From: Bacteroidota bacterium
GTDB lineage: Bacteria; Bacteroidota; Bacteroidia; Bacteroidales; B18-G4
Direction: 5' to 3'
DNA: 64,000 nt
Assembly: GCA_018831055.1 (NCBI GenBank)
Contig: JAHJRE010000002.1
Coordinates: 97-64,096 of the forward strand
In this document: positions 28,578 to 37,107 of the stretch, piece by piece
Position numbering within the stretch: the stretch's first letter is position 1
How the letters are laid out: every line of letters begins with the position of its first letter
Notes under the pieces: model-generated
What the model was told of the DNA's origin: nothing
What the model saw: only the letters and a program-made list of their open reading frames with translations
Database searches by the model: none
Made by a program: the position numbers and the translations under genes

Positions 28578-29300
28578 TCATTCTTCATCCTTGTATATTT
28601 CCCGGCTGATCAGCTGGCCTTCTGAATAAATCTCTTTCTTGGTATTTTCACCTTTATCGTTGAAATACATCCAGATACCATCCTGGAAATTATCCTTATA
28701 TGTGCCGGAAACATTCACAAAACCGTTCAGATGCTTGATAATGATCATGCCTTGCAGTTCACCATTTAAATAGTTGGCTTCCAATTTCGTTGACCCGTCT
28801 GTAAAATACTGGTGCCAGGGTCCGTTCTTCACCCCATCCTTGTATGTATATTCCTCAGCCACCTTTCCATCGGGGTAAAAAGTCCTCCATATTCCTGTTT
28901 TTATCGTATTCTCATAAATCTCCTCCGAAAGACGTATCCCGTCAAATTCGCTGTAATAGGTCCAGATACTGTCTTTCTGTTCATTCAGATAATTACCTGT
29001 CGCCATTAACATTCCGTTTTGATGAAAAATTTTGGTGCGTGCCCTCCTACCGTCATCATAAACCTTTGAGACAGCTTTGATTTTACCGTTTGGGTAATAA
29101 TATTTCAACTCCCCGTAGGGAATATTATCTTTGAAATAACCTTCAAATTTCAGCTTTCCACTTACATCATAGACCTTCCATAAACCCTGCCTGCGTCCCA
29201 GGCTATCTACTTCATTACCTTTAATATTAAGCAATTCCTGTCCAAAGAATAAGGAAGGCAGGAAAAAAAACAGGCAATATGTTATAAATAAAATCCTCAT
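28578..29300 (-). CDS. MORN-variant repeat protein (YwqK-like), secreted
   Basis: A signal peptide is followed by repeated G.W..YY.NGK / Y.DG.K.G.W modules. Confidence 0.7.
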   Translation of the reverse strand: MRILFITYCLFFFLPSLFFGQELLNIKGNEVDSLGRRQGLWKVYDVSGKLKFEGYFKDNIPYGELKYYYPNGKIKAVSKVYDDGRRARTKIFHQNGMLMATGNYLNEQKDSIWTYYSEFDGIRLSEEIYENTIKTGIWRTFYPDGKVAEEYTYKDGVKNGPWHQYFTDGSTKLEANYLNGELQGMIIIKHLNGFVNVSGTYKDNFQDGIWMYFNDKGENTKKEIYSEGQLISREIYKDEE

Positions 29301-29370
29301 TGTCAGAATATATTAGATCCAGGCTAAATGGGAATTCTATCCCAAAGATTCCCATGAAAGCCTTTTAACT

Positions 29371-29378
29371 TATTTTTG
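29371..29378 (+). promoter_or_regulatory. Candidate -7 promoter box TATTTTTG upstream of recR
   Basis: The sequence tatttttg ends on the first base of the GTG at 29378, which argues that the real recR start lies further downstream. Confidence 0.3.
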
Positions 29379-29407
29379 TGGATCAAAAATATAAATTATC
29401 ACTGATT

Positions 29408-30043
29408 GTGAACGCATATTCTTCAAGATTACTGGAAAATGCGGTAAATGAGATTAGCCGTTTACCGGGTATCGGTCGCAAAACAGCCCTGAGGCTTGCC
29501 CTTTTTCTTCTCCGTTTGGAAGAAAGTGAGGTAGAATCTTTCTCCGATGCCATCATCAGGATGCGCAGGGAAATCCGGTTTTGCAGTCGCTGCCATAGCA
29601 TCTCCGACGATGAAATATGTGAAATATGCCAGGATGATCGCCGTGATAAAAGTTTGCTTTGTATTGTGGAAGACATCAGGGATGTTATGGCTATTGAAGC
29701 AACCCAGCATTACAAAGGGCTATATCATGTATTGAACGGAATAATCTCCCCCATGGAAGGAGTGCGCCCGGAAAACCTTACGCTGGAATCCCTTTTCACA
29801 AGGGTGCCCGCAGAAAATATTCGGGAAGTGATCCTGGCTTTGCCCACAACTCTTGAAGGAGACACAACGAACTTCTATATTTATCGCAAATTGCAGAATT
29901 CAGGTGTTGTGATAAGTGTAATCGCGAGAGGGATTGCCATTGGAGACGAACTTGAATACACCGACGAAGTCACTCTGGGCCGGAGCATCGACAACCGTAC
30001 TCCCTTCAAGGAACCAGGTACAGCTAACAAAAAATCCATTTAG
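29408..30043 (+). CDS. recR: Recombination protein RecR
   Basis: The helix-hairpin-helix reads [17 protein letters not shown], the C4 zinc finger reads [16 protein letters not shown], and a Toprim domain follows. The GTG at 29408 puts LPGIG at the usual position (~19); the longest ORF starts at 29378. Confidence 0.85.
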   Translation: MNAYSSRLLENAVNEISRLPGIGRKTALRLALFLLRLEESEVESFSDAIIRMRREIRFCSRCHSISDDEICEICQDDRRDKSLLCIVEDIRDVMAIEATQHYKGLYHVLNGIISPMEGVRPENLTLESLFTRVPAENIREVILALPTTLEGDTTNFYIYRKLQNSGVVISVIARGIAIGDELEYTDEVTLGRSIDNRTPFKEPGTANKKSI

Positions 30044-30285
30044 TCCTTTTCGTCCCCTTCCTTAAAGAGATTCAGCTGATTCGGGGTAGCATAATTTCCT
30101 TCCGGAATTCCCTGGACATATGCATGTAAATACGGCTTCAAGACTTTGCGAATAAGTTTGTTAGGAGTTATTTTCCTGGCTTTGCAATAGTTCTCCAGGG
30201 AACGAACCTGACGGGAAGATAATTTTATCTCCACTTTTTTATAGCGGATCTTCCTTCTTTTCTTCTTTCTTTTATGTTCTCCCAT
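30040..30285 (-). CDS. Small basic hypothetical protein, possibly ribbon-helix-helix-like (81 aa)
   Basis: It has a poly-basic N-terminus ([14 protein letters not shown]) followed by a strand-helix-helix-like pattern ([32 protein letters not shown]). It lies 43 nt downstream of glmM, and its stop overlaps the recR stop by 4 nt. Confidence 0.4.
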   Translation of the reverse strand: MGEHKRKKKRRKIRYKKVEIKLSSRQVRSLENYCKARKITPNKLIRKVLKPYLHAYVQGIPEGNYATPNQLNLFKEGDEKD

Positions 30286-30328
30286 GATTGCCTTTTAAGG
30301 CTGTCTAAAATAGGAAATGAAGATATTT

Positions 30329-31714
30329 TTACATCAAATTGTTGATATCTTTTAATAATTTACCGGCAAGAGAAACGGCAGTTTCTTCATTTCCGGACTC
30401 CGAATAAATACGGATAATGGGTTCTGTATTGGATTTTCTCAGATGCACCCACCCTTCGGGAAAGTCAATCCTGATGCCATCAGCTTTATTCAAAGGGTAT
30501 TCTGCATATCGTTCAGATATTTTCCCCAGGATGCTATCGACATTGATCCCCTGCTTTAGCTCAATTTTGTTTTTTGAAATGTAAAAATCAGGATAAAGGG
30601 AGCGGACTTCAGAGCACTTCAATCCGGATTTAACCATATGGGTCAGGAAAAGGGCAATGCCTGCCAAAGCATCCCTACCGTAATGAAGATCAGGATATAT
30701 TACCCCTCCGTTGCCTTCTCCGCCAATCACAGCATGATGCTTCTTCATCATCTCCACTACATTTACTTCACCGACAGCCGAGGCAAAATAGCTTCCTCCA
30801 TAACTTTCCGTCAAATCTTGCAGTGCACGGGTTGAGGAAAGATTAGATACCGTGTATCCAGCCTTGTTTTTCAGAATGTAATCGGCAACAGCTACCAGTG
30901 TATATTCCTCGCCAAACATCTCTCCCTTTTCTGTAATGATAGCCAGCCTGTCAACATCCGGATCGACAACAAATCCTAAATGTGCTTTCTTTTCCCTGAC
31001 AAGGGAGGCTATTTCAGTTAGATTGGCTGGAAGTGGCTCCGGATTATGAGGGAAATGTCCTGTGGGTTCACAGTACAACGGGATGATATTTTGCACACCC
31101 AATCGCCCGAGTAAAGGCAATACGGAAATACCACCTGTTGAATTTACGGCATCCACTGCCACTGTGAGATTGGCTGATCTGATGGCTTCGACGTCGACGA
31201 GAGGAAGTTCAAGAATTTTTGCTATATGCAAATCAATAGCATCCTGAAAAAAGGAATAACTTCCCAATTGTTGAACCTCTGAATACACATTTCCAGGTGA
31301 TTCAGACAGTTCCAGGATTTTCTGTCCATCCACAGCAGATAGAAATTCTCCCTTATGGTTGAGAAGTTTAAGCGCATTCCACTGACCGGGGTTATGACTA
31401 GCCGTGATGATAATCCCTCCCTGGGCGGAAAAATGAGTAACCATCATTTCAACTGTAGGGGTGGTAGACAAACCCACATCAACCACGTCAACACCTTTAC
31501 CCAAAAGGGTTCCTGTAACAAGATGGGATACCATTGGACCTGAAACCCTTGCATCACGGCCGATTACGACCTTTAATCGCTGACCGGGGTGCGCCTGGGA
31601 TATAAACCCTGCAAACGCAGTAGTAAATCTGACTATGTCGAGCGGGGTAAGACCCTCCCCGGGTATCCCTCCAATAGTTCCACGGATACCGGAAATGGAT
31701 GTGATCAGTGTCAT
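30329..31714 (-). CDS. glmM: Phosphoglucosamine mutase (alpha-D-phosphohexomutase family)
   Basis: The N-terminus reads MTLITSISGIRGTIGG, the active-site loop reads ITASHNPGQWNALK, and the metal site reads FVVDPDVDR. I chose the ATG at 31714 over the longer ORF start. Confidence 0.85.
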   Translation of the reverse strand: MTLITSISGIRGTIGGIPGEGLTPLDIVRFTTAFAGFISQAHPGQRLKVVIGRDARVSGPMVSHLVTGTLLGKGVDVVDVGLSTTPTVEMMVTHFSAQGGIIITASHNPGQWNALKLLNHKGEFLSAVDGQKILELSESPGNVYSEVQQLGSYSFFQDAIDLHIAKILELPLVDVEAIRSANLTVAVDAVNSTGGISVLPLLGRLGVQNIIPLYCEPTGHFPHNPEPLPANLTEIASLVREKKAHLGFVVDPDVDRLAIITEKGEMFGEEYTLVAVADYILKNKAGYTVSNLSSTRALQDLTESYGGSYFASAVGEVNVVEMMKKHHAVIGGEGNGGVIYPDLHYGRDALAGIALFLTHMVKSGLKCSEVRSLYPDFYISKNKIELKQGINVDSILGKISERYAEYPLNKADGIRIDFPEGWVHLRKSNTEPIIRIYSESGNEETAVSLAGKLLKDINNLM

Positions 31715-31793
31715 AAGCGAAATTTTCCGCCAAAGATACGCCTTTTGAAAGGGAGTAAATAACACCCGAGAAAATAATTGACACTAATTGATG

Positions 31794-31811
31794 TATATTT
31801 GTTTAATTTTG
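31794..31811 (+). promoter_or_regulatory. Two overlapping candidate -7 boxes (TATATTTG and TAATTTTG) upstream of the TPR gene
   Basis: The sequence is tatatttgtttaattttg, ending 23 nt before the ATG at 31835. Confidence 0.3.
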
Positions 31812-31834
31812 CAGCGTACTACAGAAAACACTGA

Positions 31835-33238
31835 ATGAGCGAAAACTTCGATTATCAGGATGAACTCGATCCTGGCAGCATTGTGAGACGATTTGAGGAG
31901 ATGAAAAAATCCGGGAAAGAATATTTTTTCGATGTGGATGAATTTGATGTCATGATTGATTACTTTCTCGACAACCTAATGCTGGATCAATGCCAGGAAG
32001 CCATAACAATGGCCATGAACCAACATCCTTCCGGTATCAACTTCCTGCTGAAACAGGCCAGATTATATATCAATGCCAACCAGGCAGAAAAAGCCCTTGA
32101 ATTGCTTACTGAAATAGAAAAAATAGAGCCTTCCAATGCTGATATATTCATCACGAAAGGCTCCATCTACAGCCAGATGAAGCATTACAACAAAGCCATT
32201 GAAGAGTATAACAAAGCCATCAACGATTCTGATGATATTGACGAGATATACACCAATATTGCTTTCGAGTACGAAAACATGGGTAATTACGAGAAAGCGA
32301 TAGAATACCTCAGAAAGGTGCTTAATCTCAATCCCGATAATGAATCGGCACTTTACGAGATATCCTTTTGTTATGAAATGACGAAAAAGGTATCATCCGG
32401 CATTGATTTTCTCCTGGATTTTATCGATAAATACCCGTATTCAAAAGCAGCATGGTTTAACCTGGGGGTATTATACAACAACTTCGATTATTTCGAAAAG
32501 GCCATTGAAGCTTACGATTATGCGATTGCTATTGACGAGAACCTTGCCGCTGCATATTTCAACAAAGCCAATGCCCAGGCTAACCTTGGATTATTTACCG
32601 AAGCTATTGAAACCTACAAGGAAACCCTTAACCTGGAAGATCCCGAAGCCATAACCTATTATTATATCGGTGAATGCTTTGAAAAACTTGAGGACTATCA
32701 ACAGGCAATAACTTATTATCACAAAGCCCTTGAAGAAGATTACGACCTTCCGGATGCATGGATGGGACTGGGAGTGGCATGCGATGAACTGGGTAAAACA
32801 CAGGATGCGCTAAAGTACATGAAAAAAGCTGTTGAACTGGATGAAATGAACCCGGAATATTGGTATATGCTCGCAGAAATCCAGGATAAAATTGAACTTC
32901 CTGAAGAAGCGGTCCAGTCATATCAGCATGTTCTTGAATTGGATCCTGCAAACCAGGATGCCTGGCTGGATTATTCAGAGCTTACAGCCAGAATCGTAAA
33001 CCTGGAAGAAGCCATCCGGATACTTGACCGGTTTATTGTACAGCATAATCCCGAATCACCTATACTTTACCGGCAAGCAGCGTATCTCTTCAGCCTCGGC
33101 CTTTTGAAAGAATCTTATATCAAACTTGAAGAAGCCCTTCAAACAGACCCGGTAAAATATCCGGAAATGCTTGACTTCCTGCCGGAAATGAATCACGATC
33201 CGGTTGTTGCCGAATTGATCACGAAGTATAAAGGGTGA
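31835..33238 (+). CDS. Tetratricopeptide repeat protein
   Basis: Multiple 34-residue TPR units are present (e.g. YNKAIEEYNKAI, YEKAIEYLRKVLNLNPDN, FEKAIEAYDYAIAIDEN). Confidence 0.85.
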   Translation: MSENFDYQDELDPGSIVRRFEEMKKSGKEYFFDVDEFDVMIDYFLDNLMLDQCQEAITMAMNQHPSGINFLLKQARLYINANQAEKALELLTEIEKIEPSNADIFITKGSIYSQMKHYNKAIEEYNKAINDSDDIDEIYTNIAFEYENMGNYEKAIEYLRKVLNLNPDNESALYEISFCYEMTKKVSSGIDFLLDFIDKYPYSKAAWFNLGVLYNNFDYFEKAIEAYDYAIAIDENLAAAYFNKANAQANLGLFTEAIETYKETLNLEDPEAITYYYIGECFEKLEDYQQAITYYHKALEEDYDLPDAWMGLGVACDELGKTQDALKYMKKAVELDEMNPEYWYMLAEIQDKIELPEEAVQSYQHVLELDPANQDAWLDYSELTARIVNLEEAIRILDRFIVQHNPESPILYRQAAYLFSLGLLKESYIKLEEALQTDPVKYPEMLDFLPEMNHDPVVAELITKYKG

Positions 33239-33261
33239 GCCGGGCCTCGGCTTCGCTCGGC

Positions 33262-33288
33262 ACAGGCTTCAAGTTACAGGCTGCATCC
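33262..33288. repeat. Single-arm copy of the heptamer repeat family
   Basis: The 16-mer CAAGTTACAGGCTGCA at 33270-33285 is identical to 2435-2450. Positions 33262-33288 match 26407-26433 at 23/27. The copy lies between convergent stops at 33238 and 33291. Confidence 0.75.
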
Positions 33289-33290
33289 CT

Positions 33291-33662
33291 TCATTCCCCT
33301 TTCTTCTTTTTCATATCCATCAGCTTCTCAACCAGGTCGGGAACTTTTTCAAAAATAGCGTCAAGTCCCTTTTTCTTGTCGGAGGCGATAAAGGATATCT
33401 CATCCCCGCGGGAAACCAGGAATCCAATGGGGGTAATTCCAACCCCGGCACCGGCACCACCTCCCATTCCTTTCGAGAGTTTTAAGTCACCCGATCCTTT
33501 ACCGATGGTACCTCCTCCACCAAATCCGAGTCCTACTTTAATTACCGGCACACATGTGAAGTCCCCGAGTTGGAAAGGCTCTCCAACAACGGTTTCGGTC
33601 TTCACCATCATATTCAATTGCTCCAGTACCTTGTTAAAAGTTTCGTCATAATTAATCGACAT
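33291..33662 (-). CDS. YtfJ/GerW-family protein
   Basis: The segments VGEPFQLGDFTCVPVIKVGLGFGGGG and GGGAGAGVGITPIGFLV, together with the 123-aa length, match the Spore_YtfJ layout. Confidence 0.75.
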   Translation of the reverse strand: MSINYDETFNKVLEQLNMMVKTETVVGEPFQLGDFTCVPVIKVGLGFGGGGTIGKGSGDLKLSKGMGGGAGAGVGITPIGFLVSRGDEISFIASDKKKGLDAIFEKVPDLVEKLMDMKKKKGE

Positions 33663-33673
33663 TGTAATACCTC

Positions 33674-34228
33674 CTATGATTTTTTATCAATAAATTTTAA
33701 TCTTATCCATAATAACAGACCTAACCACGCAATCCTTCCCAGGTTGTTTCGGATTTTCAGCAAAACAGCCCAGGTCTCGGAAAAATTAACAAATACATTC
33801 ACCTTTTTACCATTCACACAAGTAAGCAAAGGAACCAGGATGGCGTTCACAGCATAGTCACCGGTGTCAAAAGTTGCCTCCAAACGCTTCAACCGGAAAG
33901 AAGACCACAAAGCTCTCAGAAAACGGTAATATATCCTGATTTTTGCCAGAGTGTGCGGTTCAGACAACACTTTAGTCTTTTTTCCCTTAGACTTTAGAGA
34001 TGGATACTTGATTTTCATTGGGGAAATATCCATCCTGAATGGGATAAAAAACACATAAAATTTTCCCCTGTAACCATTTTCGCTACCATAAACTACCATC
34101 CTGAAAAGAACAGGCCACGACAAGGAATATCTCTGCTCTTGAGTATCTGCATAAATAGTGAAAGGCAATAGTAAAATGAGCAGTAAAAACGCCAAGAGAC
34201 ATAAAAGGATCACCCATATCGCCATCAT
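33674..34228 (-). CDS. DUF2953 (YtfI-like) membrane protein
   Basis: It has an N-terminal TM segment. The FDTGDYAVNAILVPLL segment resembles the GTGDAA.TG motif of YtfI. It lies 11 nt upstream of the YtfJ-like gene, in the same order as B. subtilis ytfI-ytfJ. Confidence 0.5.
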   Translation of the reverse strand: MMAIWVILLCLLAFLLLILLLPFTIYADTQEQRYSLSWPVLFRMVVYGSENGYRGKFYVFFIPFRMDISPMKIKYPSLKSKGKKTKVLSEPHTLAKIRIYYRFLRALWSSFRLKRLEATFDTGDYAVNAILVPLLTCVNGKKVNVFVNFSETWAVLLKIRNNLGRIAWLGLLLWIRLKFIDKKS

Positions 34229-34271
34229 GGCCTTAAAGTTAATAAATATACCGTTCCAGTTCCATTTTTGC

Positions 34272-34279
34272 TAATTTTG
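34272..34279 (+). promoter_or_regulatory. Candidate -7 promoter box TAATTTTG for the DUF368-aroE pair
   Basis: The sequence taattttg ends 23 nt upstream of the ATG at 34303. Confidence 0.3.
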
Positions 34280-34302
34280 CACCTTTCTGACATAATTATA
34301 AA

Positions 34303-35223
34303 ATGAAATATCTGGTTCTTATACTGAAAGGCATAGCCATGGGGGCAGCCAATATCATTCCCGGAGTTTCCGGTGGCACCATAGCTCTCATCACGCAGGT
34401 TTTTGAGCGTCTGATCAATGCCATTAAATCAATAAATTTCACCGCTCTCAGGTTCTTATTGAAGGGAAAGTTTGGGGATTTCGCCAGGTATATTGATCTT
34501 TACTTCCTGCTGGCAATTTTTTTCGGTGTCGTCATAGCAATTCTAACTTTGGCAAGGCTTTTCGATTACCTTTTCACGAATTATCCTGTGTATATCTGGG
34601 CATATTTTTTTGGGCTGGTGCTTGCCTCTGTGTATTTTGTCGGAAAGAGGATTGAGAAACTAACCACAAGTGTTGCCGTAACCTTCATTATCGGAACCGC
34701 TATTGCCATCATTATTTCCGTTTTAAACCCGGCTACTGAGAACCACAGTTTTTACTACCTGGTACTCTGCGGCATTGTTGCGATTTGCAGTATGATCCTC
34801 CCGGGGCTCTCGGGATCGTTTGTGTTGTTCATTATGGGCAATTATAAACTGGTTGCCATAGATGCCATTAATGACCGTGATTTCAGCATACTTTTACCGG
34901 TTTTGATCGGGGCTGTAGTAGGATTGATTGCATTCTCACATTTTTTATCCTGGGTTTTCAGGAAATACCGAAATGAAACCATTTCCATTCTCACAGGATT
35001 CATTCTGGGTTCGGTGAGTATACTCTGGCCGTGGCAACGAAAGGAATACCTTGAGATTGCCGGGCAGGTGGTAATAAAAGACGGCGAGCCGGTAATCGCC
35101 CGATATATCAGGTACCTGCCCCAGGAAATAAATCCGGAGTTCTGGTATGCTATTGCTATCATTCTTGCAGGCATTGCCTCTATCTGGGCCATAGAAAAAC
35201 TGGCGGAAAAGAAATCCTCATGA
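34303..35223 (+). CDS. DUF368 family membrane protein (proposed polyprenyl-phosphate translocase family)
   Basis: The segments GAANIIPGVSGGTIALI and a second ILPGLSGSFVLFIMG half-repeat are present. The protein is polytopic, 306 aa. Confidence 0.85.
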   Translation: MKYLVLILKGIAMGAANIIPGVSGGTIALITQVFERLINAIKSINFTALRFLLKGKFGDFARYIDLYFLLAIFFGVVIAILTLARLFDYLFTNYPVYIWAYFFGLVLASVYFVGKRIEKLTTSVAVTFIIGTAIAIIISVLNPATENHSFYYLVLCGIVAICSMILPGLSGSFVLFIMGNYKLVAIDAINDRDFSILLPVLIGAVVGLIAFSHFLSWVFRKYRNETISILTGFILGSVSILWPWQRKEYLEIAGQVVIKDGEPVIARYIRYLPQEINPEFWYAIAIILAGIASIWAIEKLAEKKSS

Positions 35224-35966
35224 ATCTTTACGGTCTGACCGGCTATCCGCTGGATCATTCTTTTTCAAAAGCCTTGTTCCAGGAAAAGTTTTCCGAAGAA
35301 AACATCTCCGCCTTTTATGATCTTTTCCCTTTGCAGGATGTTTCAGGTATCCGTGAATTGTTCCTGAAAACCCCTTCACTGGAAGGTCTTAATGTGACCA
35401 TGCCTTTTAAAACAGCCGTTATACCCTTTCTGGATGCTCTGGATGCTATTGCCTTGCAAACAGGTGCCGTCAATACAGTCAAAGTTTACCGGGAAAAAAC
35501 AGGTTTATTCCTGAAGGGATTCAATACCGATGCTTATGGATTTGAAAAATCGTTTGCCGGTTTTTATAAAAATGAAGGCGGTCATGCCCTGGTACTGGGG
35601 TCCGGAGCTTCTTCCCGCACTGTGCAGTATGTTTTGAATAAGATGAGTATCTTTTCCCGGATTGTCACAAGGCATCCTGCCAATAAGGAACAATTGCATT
35701 ATTCGCAGACAGACAAGAAAATCCTTGAAAAATATAATATCATCATCAACACCACACCACTGGGTATGGTTCCCGAGATCAGCAATTGTCCACCCATTGC
35801 TTATGAATGGCTGAACACAGACCATTTTCTTTTCGATTTGATATACAATCCGGCAGAAACCTTATTCCTGAAAAAAGGCAAGGAAGCCGGAGCGCATACG
35901 GAAAATGGGATGGAGATGTTATTACTTCAGGCAGTTGAATCCTGGAGGATATGGCAGGAAGCTTAG
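35220..35966 (+). CDS. aroE: Shikimate dehydrogenase
   Basis: The N-terminus reads YGLTGYPLDHSFSKALFQEKF, followed by NVTMPFK and NTD, and a Rossmann segment LVLGSGASSR. An ATGA overlap links it to the upstream gene. Confidence 0.85.
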   Translation: MNLYGLTGYPLDHSFSKALFQEKFSEENISAFYDLFPLQDVSGIRELFLKTPSLEGLNVTMPFKTAVIPFLDALDAIALQTGAVNTVKVYREKTGLFLKGFNTDAYGFEKSFAGFYKNEGGHALVLGSGASSRTVQYVLNKMSIFSRIVTRHPANKEQLHYSQTDKKILEKYNIIINTTPLGMVPEISNCPPIAYEWLNTDHFLFDLIYNPAETLFLKKGKEAGAHTENGMEMLLLQAVESWRIWQEA

Positions 35967-36955
35967 TACTCCAGCAACATTCTTCCCATAATTCTTCCCT
36001 TTATAATTTCATCGATATAATGATCAAGTTCTTCCGGTTTCATAGGTTGAGCGATCTTATCCATATGGCTGATACGCCATTTCCCGGCCAGCTTATCCCA
36101 TAGTTCTCTTCTGTGATCCATAGGGCAGGTTGCAGAATTGACCCCCAGCAGGTTAACGCCATTGAGGATAAAAGGAAAGACGGTGGTATCCAGCTTAAAT
36201 GACAGGGCATTACCGGCAGTAGCTACGCTACCGTGGACTTTACATGCCCTCAGGACGGTATTCAGGATATTCCCGCCCACTGTGTCGTAAGCCCCTGCCC
36301 ACATGGGTTTAAGTAACAAACGACCGGAGGTGTCATCTACTTCCTCTCTGTCAATAATCCTTTTAGCTCCCAGGGATTTCAGATAATCATGTGCATCCTG
36401 CTTTCCTGTGGCGGCAATAACATTGAAACCCAATCGTGACAACACAGCTACAGCAATACTCCCGACCCCACCGGAGGCTCCTGTAACCAGGATATCCCCA
36501 TCCTCGGGTTTCTGTCCCATGCGAAGCATCTTATCCACCCCGAGAGCGACGGTAAAGCCTGCGGTGCCGTAAATCATGCATTCACGCAATGTTAAGCCTG
36601 AGGGACGAGGGACGACCCAATCTCCCGGTACACGGATATATTCGCCGAATCCCCCATCAGTATTCATTCCCAAATCATATCCTGTTACAAGCACCTCATC
36701 TCCCTTATTGAACAGAGGGCTTTTCGATGCTTCTACAATGCCCGAAGCATCAATACCCGGCTGAAAGGGATATGTCCTCGTAACCCCTTTATTGCCTGTG
36801 GCGGAAAGAGCATCTTTATAGTTTAATCCGGAGAATAGAACTCTGATAAGTACCTCGTGGTCCGGCAGTTCACTGATAGAGCGTTCTTCAATCTTACGGA
36901 CAAACCCTCCATCCTGTTCCCTGACCATCAGGGCACGGAATTTCTTGTCTTCCAT
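35963..36955 (-). CDS. YhdH/YhfP-family NADPH:quinone oxidoreductase (AcuI-like acrylyl-CoA reductase, MDR superfamily)
   Basis: The segments LNYKDALSATG and ILVTGASGGVGSIAVAVL are present. The protein is 330 aa. Confidence 0.8.
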   Translation of the reverse strand: MEDKKFRALMVREQDGGFVRKIEERSISELPDHEVLIRVLFSGLNYKDALSATGNKGVTRTYPFQPGIDASGIVEASKSPLFNKGDEVLVTGYDLGMNTDGGFGEYIRVPGDWVVPRPSGLTLRECMIYGTAGFTVALGVDKMLRMGQKPEDGDILVTGASGGVGSIAVAVLSRLGFNVIAATGKQDAHDYLKSLGAKRIIDREEVDDTSGRLLLKPMWAGAYDTVGGNILNTVLRACKVHGSVATAGNALSFKLDTTVFPFILNGVNLLGVNSATCPMDHRRELWDKLAGKWRISHMDKIAQPMKPEELDHYIDEIIKGRIMGRMLLEY

Positions 36956-36968
36956 TTCTTTTTTTTAT

Positions 36969-36976
36969 CAAAAGTA
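36969..36976 (-). promoter_or_regulatory. Candidate -7 promoter box (TACTTTTG on the minus strand) for the YhdH-like gene
   Basis: The plus strand reads caaaagta, 13 nt upstream of the start at 36955. Confidence 0.3.
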
Positions 36977-37107
36977 ATAAATGACGTGAAACCCAAAAGT
37001 ATTTTATACACAATCATGTAAAATAATAATTCACTGCATGCAGGTTCTATCATACCATACTCCTGCAGCAAGCCAATCACAAACGATCTTCAGGAAACAA
37101 CAGGTTG

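Noticed and set aside
28578-29300. MORN-variant protein, often labelled YwqK-family antitoxin, as part of a toxin-antitoxin pair
   Set aside because: It has a signal peptide, no adjacent toxin gene, and convergent or unrelated neighbours. The antitoxin label is not supported by the context.
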